From the NCBI GenBank assembly GCA_964471125.1, contig CAYYFD010000001.1, forward strand, positions 1 to 37,811: DNA of 37,811 nucleotides, in the 5' to 3' direction. This document shows, piece after piece, positions 8,445-16,077 of the stretch. Numbering within the stretch: the first letter of the stretch is position 1; the number at the start of each line of letters is the position of its first letter. The notes beneath the pieces are model-generated. The model searched no databases. It was given only the letters and a program-made list of their open reading frames with translations, and was not told the DNA's origin. The translations under genes and the position numbers were made by a program. This DNA is from an uncultured Candidatus Peribacteria bacterium (GTDB lineage: Bacteria > Patescibacteriota > Gracilibacteria > Peribacterales > Peribacteraceae).

Positions 8445-9644
8445 ATGCTTCAATATTGCAATATGGCAAGTATTCTTTACTATGCGTCTATGGTTGATGG
8501 CGAGGTACCAAGTCGGCTCAACTCCCTTCCGGAGCAAGCACTCGCAACGCAAATAAAAAGGCGCACAGTGCTCAAGGTCGGTGCTTCCTCACTCTTGCCC
8601 GATCTTTCTTTTCTATCTGCCATTGGTGGGGGGGCTGATAGTGTAACAAACGCAGGTATGGAAGGAGTTGGCGAGAGACTTATTCCGCAATTTACCTCTC
8701 CATTGGCGCGCGCACAGATCGAAGGCTCTTTTGGCAGTGCCGGATTGGAGGCCATTGGTCAGCCTCTGGGAGACTCTCTGGGTCGCCTCCTTCATGCGAG
8801 AGCAAGAATCGGCCTGTATGAAGGACTTCTCAGTCGCTGGACAAAGACGAGCGATTTTTTAGATGATCTGCACCTTCTGCGACCGGATCCACGCAAACCT
8901 TTGCAAACTCCTGACCTGCAAGATGACGATGCTACAGATCGTACGATCAACCATGTCGTTACTAAGGTAATGGGCGATCTTGCGGCAGATCCTCAAACGA
9001 TGGAAGGGTTGGAATTATCCCTCGGAAAATGTGTCACTCTTGAAGTTCTGCATCACTGCAATGCAGTGGTATGTGCAGAGGTTGGCAAAGTCCTCAATAG
9101 AAAAAGAATGCAGCATATGAATCGGGGAGAACATTTTCCGGACATGCCCGACGAAAGACAATTCTGGGCTCAGTCTCTCGCTCACGCATTTGCTTCAGTC
9201 CATAGGCCAAAGCCAAGCATAGGAAGCTTCACGTTTATGGCACGTCGATTTTGCTCCGATGGAGGAATCAAAGAGTGCATAGGACAACTTTCTTCACCGG
9301 AAAGCACCATACACCGTGCATTAGGTGATGCGATCACACGAGCCGTCGATCAGCAACTTGCACGCATCAAGGGAGCTGCAGAGCGACAGCAACAACTGAG
9401 TGACTATCTTCGGGAGGAACGTGAACGTATACAACGTGAAGATGAAACTCTCAGCAATGAAAAAATTATCCAAGAGCCCGATGACCGACAAGCTCCTCAG
9501 CAGATCATCGAAAGTTTGCAGTTGCCATTTGCACGCCTTATGGCACAGATCCATCTTCTGGGCGATCCAAAGTACAAGCGACCGTGGGAAATCTCTAGAG
9601 CTTCCGACCCACAAAATCCGCCAGGTCTACAAACAGAGTATTGA
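8445..9644 (+). CDS. hypothetical protein with Tat-like RR motif
   Basis: ORF 8370..9644. The 8370 start would overlap the upstream ORF by 56 nt, so ATG 8445 (or 8463) is preferred. KRRTVLK is followed by a mildly hydrophobic stretch. No family recognised. Confidence 0.55.
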   Translation: MLQYCNMASILYYASMVDGEVPSRLNSLPEQALATQIKRRTVLKVGASSLLPDLSFLSAIGGGADSVTNAGMEGVGERLIPQFTSPLARAQIEGSFGSAGLEAIGQPLGDSLGRLLHARARIGLYEGLLSRWTKTSDFLDDLHLLRPDPRKPLQTPDLQDDDATDRTINHVVTKVMGDLAADPQTMEGLELSLGKCVTLEVLHHCNAVVCAEVGKVLNRKRMQHMNRGEHFPDMPDERQFWAQSLAHAFASVHRPKPSIGSFTFMARRFCSDGGIKECIGQLSSPESTIHRALGDAITRAVDQQLARIKGAAERQQQLSDYLREERERIQREDETLSNEKIIQEPDDRQAPQQIIESLQLPFARLMAQIHLLGDPKYKRPWEISRASDPQNPPGLQTEY

Positions 9645-9674
9645 TTGACTGTTGCGCCGAGCTTTTACACTTCA

Positions 9675-10028
9675 TTATTTTCTTGGCAATATTTTCCCGA
9701 GCAATAGTTTTCCAATGAGTGTGTATCCAATCAATGCATCAATCGCTACGAGCATGAAAAGAGTAACCATTATGGATGGATTCATCTGAACACGAGCCAA
9801 TAGCAGAGCTACCGGGAGATGCATGACGCCCATAATGAATCCACACATCGATTCCCACTGGTTCACGAGACATCCTTGTGTTGCTTCGATTGTAATAGAA
9901 ATGAGTCCATAGGAGGATCCAGCGATTATTCCTATCCATCCATTGGACAGACGACGAATCCTGCAGAGGGCTCCTGTGAGAATAGCAACAGCAAGCAGAT
10001 CTCCGAGAATGAAAAAGACAATGATCAT
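9675..10028 (-). CDS. small 4-TM membrane protein
   Basis: 117 aa and very hydrophobic. The start overlaps the gap stop by 4 nt (10025-10028), suggesting co-transcription with gap. Confidence 0.55.
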   Translation of the reverse strand: MIIVFFILGDLLAVAILTGALCRIRRLSNGWIGIIAGSSYGLISITIEATQGCLVNQWESMCGFIMGVMHLPVALLLARVQMNPSIMVTLFMLVAIDALIGYTLIGKLLLGKILPRK

Positions 10029-11035
10029 GTAAGGGTTTTTCCGACAAAATCTGCCAGTTCCACAAGCCTATTAGAGTAACCCCACTCGTTGTCGTACCAC
10101 GAAAATACTTTCACCATATTTCCACCCATAACCTGCGTGAGGGGAGCATCGATGATGGAACTACGAGGATCGGCGACGTAGTCACTGAGCACAAGCGGGC
10201 GCGTCTCGTACCCGAGTATTCCCTGCATGGGTCCGTTTGCTGCTTTTTCAAACGCTGCATTTACTTCCTCGACCGTCGTAGCCTTCTTCACGATCACCGT
10301 AAGATCGGTGATGCTTCCCGTCGGTGTCGGTACACGGATAGCAACGCCATTGAGCTTACCTGCGAGCTCAGGAATGACTTCGCCAATGGCCTTCGCGGCA
10401 CCTGTGCTCGTGGGAACCATATTAATGGCTGCGGCTCTGGCACGACGAAGGTCCTTGTGCGGTAGATCGAGAAGGTTCTGGTCGTTGGTGTAGCTGTGGA
10501 TCGTAGTCATGAGTCCGTGCTCGATGCCAAAGGAATCATGGAGAACCTTCGCCATCGGCGCGAGACAGTTCGTCGTGCACGAGGCATTGGAAATCACATG
10601 ATGCTTTTTTGGATCATAGGACTTTTCATTGACGCCGATACAAAGAGTAGCGTCGGCTTTGTCTTTGCAGGGAGCGGAAACGATTACCTTTTTTGCACCA
10701 GCCTGAAGATGGAGAGCTGCATCTTCACGCTTCGTGAAGTGACCGGTACATTCAAGGACGACATCGACCTTGAGCTCTTTATAGGGAAGCGTGGAAGGAT
10801 CTTTGCTTGCTGTTGTGCGGATCTTACCGTGTTTCGTGGAAAGCACGCCGTCTTTGTAGCATGCCGTTCCGCAGTCGAAGTGTCCGTAGGTGGAATCGAA
10901 CTCGAAGAGGTGAGCAAGGGTTTCACCGTCTGTAAGATCATTGATAAGAACAACCTCAAGATCAGGGTGCTTCTCAAGAATGATGCGCAGTGCTTGACGT
11001 CCGATGCGGCCGAAGCCGTTGATAGCAATGTTCAT
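10025..11035 (-). CDS. gap: type I glyceraldehyde-3-phosphate dehydrogenase, NAD-type (GapA-like)
   Basis: MNIAINGFGRIGR, catalytic SNASCTTNCLAP, WYDNEWGYS. VLINDL retains the Asp that selects NAD. Confidence 0.93.
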   Translation of the reverse strand: MNIAINGFGRIGRQALRIILEKHPDLEVVLINDLTDGETLAHLFEFDSTYGHFDCGTACYKDGVLSTKHGKIRTTASKDPSTLPYKELKVDVVLECTGHFTKREDAALHLQAGAKKVIVSAPCKDKADATLCIGVNEKSYDPKKHHVISNASCTTNCLAPMAKVLHDSFGIEHGLMTTIHSYTNDQNLLDLPHKDLRRARAAAINMVPTSTGAAKAIGEVIPELAGKLNGVAIRVPTPTGSITDLTVIVKKATTVEEVNAAFEKAANGPMQGILGYETRPLVLSDYVADPRSSIIDAPLTQVMGGNMVKVFSWYDNEWGYSNRLVELADFVGKTLT

Positions 11036-11065
11036 ACCTACACGCTACCAGCTACCAGCTACTAT

Positions 11066-11890
11066 CTACAAGCGTTCAAATACTTCCTGCATCCGGAGAG
11101 TATCCGCCTCCAAAAGCGGTGATTCACAAACAACTGTACCTTTGATATCTCGTTTCTTGAGAACTGCGAGGAAATCCTCCCACCGTGCATCACTCTCCTC
11201 CAGAGGTACATGATGCTTTTCTCCCTTGGGCCCATAGGCAATACCGGAGAAGTGCATGTGCACGTACTTCAGGGATTTCTTTCCGAGGTACTTCTCATAG
11301 AGATCAAACATCTCGTTCCATTCCTTCGTCGTATTGATCTTGCCGTTTGTCCTTGCATGCATGTGTGCAGGATCGACGGTGGGGTAGAGGTCGAATTCCT
11401 TGCTGAGTTTCAGTACTTCTTCCAGAGTCCCAAATTGTGTAGGTTTCCCCATTGTTTCGTACGCAAGATTTACGTCTGGAAAAAGCTTTGCTTTACCTTT
11501 CAAAATGTTCTCTGTAGCGCGACACACATTGTCGTAAGCAATCTTCGGATCCATTCCCAGATAAAACGCCGGATGGACACAGACGGAACGTACGCCAGCA
11601 AGCTGTGACATGGAAAGGGCGGCAACGACGCGCGTAATGCTTGCTGCAAGCTTTACGGGATCCGGACTATTGAGATTTACGTAGTACGGTGCATGGACCG
11701 TAAGTGTGATATCCAGGTTCTGCGCGGTAGTACGAATTTCCTCCATCCGCTCAGCGCTTTTCGGAACGCTTTGCACCCATTCGATTTCCATTGCACCGAT
11801 GCCCAGTTCTGCAGCCCGCTTCAGTCCTTTGATGGTACCACCGGGCGAGGGAGTGGAGTGCGGGCAGCCAGCGACGGCAAAACGAAGCAT
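11066..11890 (-). CDS. endonuclease IV-like AP endonuclease family 2 TIM-barrel protein
   Basis: Nfo-like metal-ligand motifs: TVHAPYYVNLNS, VCVHP, AYETMG, VDPAHMHA, HMHFSG. The long ORF 11066..12295 is trimmed to the ATG at 11890 (MLRFAVAG...), where homology starts. Confidence 0.65.
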   Translation of the reverse strand: MLRFAVAGCPHSTPSPGGTIKGLKRAAELGIGAMEIEWVQSVPKSAERMEEIRTTAQNLDITLTVHAPYYVNLNSPDPVKLAASITRVVAALSMSQLAGVRSVCVHPAFYLGMDPKIAYDNVCRATENILKGKAKLFPDVNLAYETMGKPTQFGTLEEVLKLSKEFDLYPTVDPAHMHARTNGKINTTKEWNEMFDLYEKYLGKKSLKYVHMHFSGIAYGPKGEKHHVPLEESDARWEDFLAVLKKRDIKGTVVCESPLLEADTLRMQEVFERL

Positions 11891-13274
11891 GAGTGTAGTA
11901 TGTACCAAGATGCCCCTCGACCGCGACATCATCGACCGTACCCTCTCCTCACGCCTCGGCGAGCGTGCCCTGCAGGTAACCGAAATCCTTTTTAACGCCG
12001 GCTTCGATACCTGGTGGGTGGGAGGCGCTACCCGTGAAATGCTCCGCGGCCATCTGCCGAACGATATTGATATCGCAACTTCTGCGCTGCCTGAAGATGT
12101 CATCAGATTGTTTCCCAAGTGTGATGAAATCGGAAAGAGATTCGGCAGTATCGTCGTTTCCCATAAAGGTGCCACATTCGAAGTAACGACGTTCCGTGAA
12201 GATGATGAAGCTTCTGACGGTCGCCACCCCGAAGGTGTGCGATTCGGGAGCCTTGCAGATGATGCTGCTCGACGCGATTTCACGGTCAATGCCATTTACT
12301 GGAATCCGATCGACGGTAAGGTGTTTGATCCATGTGAGGGGCAGAAAGATCTTGCAGAGCGACTCATCCGCTTCATCGGGGATCCGGAGACCCGGATACG
12401 TCACGATGCGCTACGGATGCTTCGCGCCATTCGCTTCCGCGCGCTCATTGACGGGCAATACCATCCGGAGACGTACGCCGCGCTGCGATCCCTTGCACCA
12501 ATTGCGGAGGAGCTCTCCGGCAGCCGGATCGTAACGGAAATGGAAAAAATGCTGCTTGGTCCACACCCGGATAAAGCTTTGGAGGATCTCTGGGAGACAG
12601 GCATCCTTCAGGCAACCATTCCAGAGCTTGCAGCATGCAAGGGCATCGCACAGCCAGCGGACTACCACCACGAAGGCGATGTCTGGAATCACACGCTCCA
12701 GTGCGCGGCGTCGTTTACGGAGGATCACAAAGCCGATACCCGCTGGGCTGCTGTCTTTCATGACATAGGTAAAACAAAAACCTTTAGCATCAGCGATCGT
12801 ATTCACTTCGATCGGCATGCAGAGGCATCTGCGGAGATCATTCGCTCTGTATTTGCGCGCCTGCAATTTCCCAAGGCGCGTATCGACAAGATCGCCTGGA
12901 TCGCCGATCACCATATGATGATGGGATCGTTTGCAACGATGACTCCGGAGCGCAAAGCACACTGGTACTTTCATCCGTGGTTCATCGAACTTCTTCAGGT
13001 CATGTGGCTGGATATCGCAGGGACAAGCCCTGCTGATTTTGCCCTGTATGAAGAGATTGTTGCAGACTACAATCACTTTCTAGACGAACATCCGCGTCCG
13101 CCGAAGGCCCTTCTTTCAGGAGATGAAATCATGGAGATTCTTGGAATAGGACCGGGGGAACAGGTTGGCAAGGGCGTTAAATCTTTAAACGATGCGCAGG
13201 TGCGTGGAGATATATCGACGAAGAAAGAGGCAGAAGAGTTTCTCAGAAAGAGTATTGAAGGGGATAGGATGTAG
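11889..13274 (+). CDS. cca: CCA-adding enzyme / tRNA nucleotidyltransferase with HD domain
   Basis: WWVGGATREMLRG...NDIDIAT, RRDFTVNA, HD region HHEGDVWNHT...FHDIGK. The first usable ATG is 11889 (MSVVCTK) and the alternative is ATG 11910 (MPLDRD). Confidence 0.85.
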   Translation: MSVVCTKMPLDRDIIDRTLSSRLGERALQVTEILFNAGFDTWWVGGATREMLRGHLPNDIDIATSALPEDVIRLFPKCDEIGKRFGSIVVSHKGATFEVTTFREDDEASDGRHPEGVRFGSLADDAARRDFTVNAIYWNPIDGKVFDPCEGQKDLAERLIRFIGDPETRIRHDALRMLRAIRFRALIDGQYHPETYAALRSLAPIAEELSGSRIVTEMEKMLLGPHPDKALEDLWETGILQATIPELAACKGIAQPADYHHEGDVWNHTLQCAASFTEDHKADTRWAAVFHDIGKTKTFSISDRIHFDRHAEASAEIIRSVFARLQFPKARIDKIAWIADHHMMMGSFATMTPERKAHWYFHPWFIELLQVMWLDIAGTSPADFALYEEIVADYNHFLDEHPRPPKALLSGDEIMEILGIGPGEQVGKGVKSLNDAQVRGDISTKKEAEEFLRKSIEGDRM

Positions 13275-13294
13275 TCGTAACATTCATCCCTTCT

Positions 13295-13930
13295 ATGGAA
13301 AAACTACACCCTGACCTGACGGAAAAGTTAGAAGTACTCGCCGATTGCGTTAGGGATTTGCAAAAGTTCTTTAGGGGAGGAAGGACTGAATTCAGAGATA
13401 TGAAGTTTCTTCAGGACCCTCAAGAGGGTCCAAATGAAAGACCTATAGCGGGAAGACAGTACGAAGGCGGAGGTGCCGTTGAAGTATGGATCACCATCGA
13501 TCAGTTAAAAGCTGCATCGGAAGAACTTGTCGAATTTTCCAGAAAAATCGACGCTGGAGAGGTCGATGAAACATTCATCTCGACACTACGAAGCCGAATC
13601 GATGGTATTCATCAACTTGTGACATGTGAAGCAGCAAATCTGCGCTACTTTGATCTTTGGAGGGCAACGCATAACCAGCATCCTGGATGTGGCATTATTG
13701 CGGCATCTTCTGTGATTGGCGGCCTTACAATAAGTACGCTTATCAAATCAGAGAATGCGACTATGCGAACACTGGGATATATCCTCATAGGAATGCTTTC
13801 TCTTTCTGCAGTACTCAAGTTTCTAGAGAAGGGTCACAGTCCCAAGGTCGAGAGTGACAGGATACGACAACGCCTGCATGCTGTTTTTCCTCAGCAGAAA
13901 GAAGATAGTGTACCAAGAACAGAACCCTAG
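13295..13930 (+). CDS. hypothetical protein with two C-terminal TM helices
   Basis: 211 aa. Soluble helical N-terminal part, then GIIAASSVIGGLTISTLI and LGYILIGMLSLSAVL. Lies 60 nt upstream of queE on the same strand. Confidence 0.5.
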   Translation: MEKLHPDLTEKLEVLADCVRDLQKFFRGGRTEFRDMKFLQDPQEGPNERPIAGRQYEGGGAVEVWITIDQLKAASEELVEFSRKIDAGEVDETFISTLRSRIDGIHQLVTCEAANLRYFDLWRATHNQHPGCGIIAASSVIGGLTISTLIKSENATMRTLGYILIGMLSLSAVLKFLEKGHSPKVESDRIRQRLHAVFPQQKEDSVPRTEP

Positions 13931-13990
13931 AGAAATTACCTTGAGAAAGAGAAGGGGGAACTTCTGTGACTGAGATACTATTTCATCTGC

Positions 13991-14668
13991 ATGGTCATTT
14001 CCGAAATCTTCCACTCCATTCAGGGCGAAGGACCTACGGCCGGCAGGCCTGCGGTCTTTGTGAGGCTGGGTATGTGCAATCTGCAGTGCAATTTCTGCGA
14101 TACGCCGTATACATGGCAAGAGGGAAAGGAGGATTACAGCGATGAAGCAAACGAGCGCATCGTAGAGACGATTGCAGAGCTTCTGAAGCAATATCCGCAT
14201 ACGCAGATGATTGTGTGGACGGGCGGCGAACCGATGATGCAGCAACGTGATATTGTTGCGGCAATTGATTACCTGACCGAGCGGTTTGCAGGTCGAAAGT
14301 TCGAGCATGAAGTCGAAACAAACGGGACCATCACAGCACAACCAGAATTCGATAAACGTATCCATCGCTACAACTGCTCACCAAAGACAGCGATGTCAGG
14401 AAATGATCCGTACACCGTGCGATTACGGGACTTCGCAAAGACAACCTACAAATACGTTGTCGGTACCGAGGAACATTGCACAGAAGCTCTTGCCGAGATT
14501 GATCGCCAGAAGCTCCCGCGCGATCGCTGTATGTTTATGGTTCTTGGAACGACCGCAGATGAAATGCTTCAACGAAGTCCTGCTATTGCTGAAGTATGCA
14601 AAAAGGAGGGGATACGGCTCTGCATACGTTTGCAGAGTATCTTGTGGGGACCGAAGCGGGGGGTGTGA
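13991..14668 (+). CDS. queE: 7-carboxy-7-deazaguanine synthase (radical SAM)
   Basis: IFHSIQGEGPTAGRPAVFVRLGMCNLQCNFCDT, which contains the CX3CX2C cluster motif. Size and N-terminus are typical of QueE. Confidence 0.9.
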   Translation: MVISEIFHSIQGEGPTAGRPAVFVRLGMCNLQCNFCDTPYTWQEGKEDYSDEANERIVETIAELLKQYPHTQMIVWTGGEPMMQQRDIVAAIDYLTERFAGRKFEHEVETNGTITAQPEFDKRIHRYNCSPKTAMSGNDPYTVRLRDFAKTTYKYVVGTEEHCTEALAEIDRQKLPRDRCMFMVLGTTADEMLQRSPAIAEVCKKEGIRLCIRLQSILWGPKRGV

Positions 14669-14680
14669 TAGATTTCTTCT

Positions 14681-15394
14681 ATGCGATCGATTGATTCCAT
14701 CGTTGCGGACTTCACAGATGACTCGCTCCTGCCACCTCAGGGCTCTACGGGAGTCATCATCCTCTCCGGCGGTATGGACTCCGTCACGCTTTTACATTTT
14801 CTTGTGAAGCACAGGGGGTGCAAGATGAAAGCAATCTCCTTTGATTACGGGCAGAAGCACGCAAAAGAAATCGAGTATGCGAAGCATCATTGCACTGAGC
14901 TTGGTGTGGATCATCATGTCATAGCCCTCCCATTCGTCTCCACACTTTTTTCCAGTGCGCTTCTTCAGGGGGGAGGGGATGTACCGGAGGGTCATTATCA
15001 GGAGGAGAACATGAAGCAGACTGTCGTACCGAACCGCAATATGATTATGAGCTCTATAGCTGTGGGATTTGGCCAGAGCACCGGAGCATCCTTCCTTGCG
15101 CTCGGTGTGCACGCAGGAGACCACGCCATTTACCCCGATTGCCGTGAGGAATTTATCGATGCATTTCGTGTGTGTGTGGAGCTTTCTGATTGGAATCCTT
15201 TTACCGTCTATGCGCCGTTTCAGCGCATGACCAAAGTGGAGATTCTGGAGATTGGCTTTCAGCTTTCGCCACCAGTGGATTACGGCAAGACCTGGACATG
15301 CTACAAGGGCTTGGAAAAAGCATGCGGAAAGTGTGGCTCGTGTCAGGAGAGGGGAGAGGCGTTTGGGAAGATCGGGGTGGAGGATCCAGTATGA
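14681..15394 (+). CDS. queC: 7-cyano-7-deazaguanine synthase
   Basis: PP-loop VIILSGGMDSVT and C-terminal Zn motif CYKGLEKACGKCGSCQERGEAF. Lies 12 nt after queE. Confidence 0.92.
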   Translation: MRSIDSIVADFTDDSLLPPQGSTGVIILSGGMDSVTLLHFLVKHRGCKMKAISFDYGQKHAKEIEYAKHHCTELGVDHHVIALPFVSTLFSSALLQGGGDVPEGHYQEENMKQTVVPNRNMIMSSIAVGFGQSTGASFLALGVHAGDHAIYPDCREEFIDAFRVCVELSDWNPFTVYAPFQRMTKVEILEIGFQLSPPVDYGKTWTCYKGLEKACGKCGSCQERGEAFGKIGVEDPV

Positions 15395-15417
15395 TTACTC
15401 TTGTTCCCATACTCGGA

Positions 15418-15807
15418 TTACGGCTTCCTCGGTTCCCACTTTAGTGGTTCATCGCTATGAGAGAGCACATTGGCAAGGATGATTGCCGCTGCTGTCTCAT
15501 TGATAAGAGTGGATACATTACCCTCAAGCGGCTGAATGCGTGTTACATAATTACAATTGTCCCGCCCCTCTCCGGCCATGAACTCACAAAAAGCGTTGAT
15601 GCCGTCGCGTAAGACGTCGCGCTCTTTCTCAGGAGTAGTTGCTTTTGTACGAGTCATTTTTAGTTGACCATCGAATATCACTTTTCCAAGACCTTCTCTC
15701 GTATCCAGTACAAGTTGTTGTTCCGTATTGGGAATATTCGGTAGGTGCAGATTTTTGCCGCCTGGACCTGTTCTTACGCGGCCAGCAATGGTGATTTCAA
15801 ATTTCAT
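15418..15807 (-). CDS. hypothetical protein (129 aa), possibly leaderless
   Basis: Clean ORF convergent on queC. No family recognised. A promoter-like element ends 6 nt before its ATG. Confidence 0.5.
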   Translation of the reverse strand: MKFEITIAGRVRTGPGGKNLHLPNIPNTEQQLVLDTREGLGKVIFDGQLKMTRTKATTPEKERDVLRDGINAFCEFMAGEGRDNCNYVTRIQPLEGNVSTLINETAAAIILANVLSHSDEPLKWEPRKP

Positions 15808-15813
15808 ATGAAT

Positions 15814-15841
15814 ATTGTATATTATAATTCATATTTGTCAA
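15814..15841 (-). promoter_or_regulatory. sigma70-like promoter (TTGACA-16-TACAAT) abutting the ATG of the 129-aa gene
   Basis: On the minus strand, TTGACA at 15841-15836 and TACAAT at 15819-15814. The A of the ATG (15807) is 7 nt after the -10. The -35 starts 3 nt after the tRNA-Ile CCA end. Confidence 0.35.
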
Positions 15842-15843
15842 TA

Positions 15844-15920
15844 TGGTGGGCCGGGATGGATTTGAACCATCGACCACGGGCTTATAAGTCCCGCGCTCTA
15901 ACCAACTGAGCTACCGGCCC
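15844..15920 (-). tRNA. tRNA-Ile (anticodon UAU)
   Basis: The reverse complement folds as GGGCCGG-TA-GCTC-AGTTGGTTA-GAGC-G-CGGGA-CTTATAA-GCCCG-TGGTC-GATGG-TTCAAAT-CCATC-CCGGCCC-A-CCA. The anticodon loop CUUAUAA gives UAU. There is one A31/G39 mismatch. Confidence 0.85.
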
Positions 15921-16022
15921 AAGAATGTGAATAAAAAGGAACAAACTCTATGAAATGATTCTAGCGAAGTTGCAAACTGCCTGCGCGCCGACCTGTCCGC
16001 CGTAGCCAAGAGGCGAAGGTGG

Positions 16023-16065
16023 GAGCTACCGGCCCAAGTATGTGAATAGTAAGGAGCAATATTAA
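16023..16065 (-). pseudogene. truncated copy of the tRNA-Ile 5' end plus its upstream flank
   Basis: The minus strand ttaatattgctccttactattcacatacttGGGCCGGTAGCTC aligns with the intact gene and flank tagagtttgttcctttttattcacattcttGGGCCGGTAGCTC (15908-15950). Similarity stops after tRNA position 13. Confidence 0.6.
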
Positions 16066-16077
16066 AATACTAGCGCA

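Noticed and set aside
10496-11122. 208-aa plus-strand ORF
   Set aside because: Antisense to the gap gene, so it is a shadow ORF.
11891-12295. N-terminal 135 codons of the 409-aa minus-strand ORF
   Set aside because: Ser/Arg/Pro-rich with no homology, and antisense to the conserved N-terminus of cca. Endonuclease IV-like similarity begins at the ATG at 11890.
13931-13990. Possible preQ1 riboswitch upstream of queE
   Set aside because: The 60-nt spacer shows no short hairpin plus A-rich tail resembling preQ1-I/II/III consensus, and is too short for the larger classes.
15921-16022. Interval between the tRNA-Ile gene and its 5' duplicate as an integrated mobile element
   Set aside because: It is only about 100 nt, with no ORF, no integrase and no terminal inverted repeats. 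At most it is a scar.
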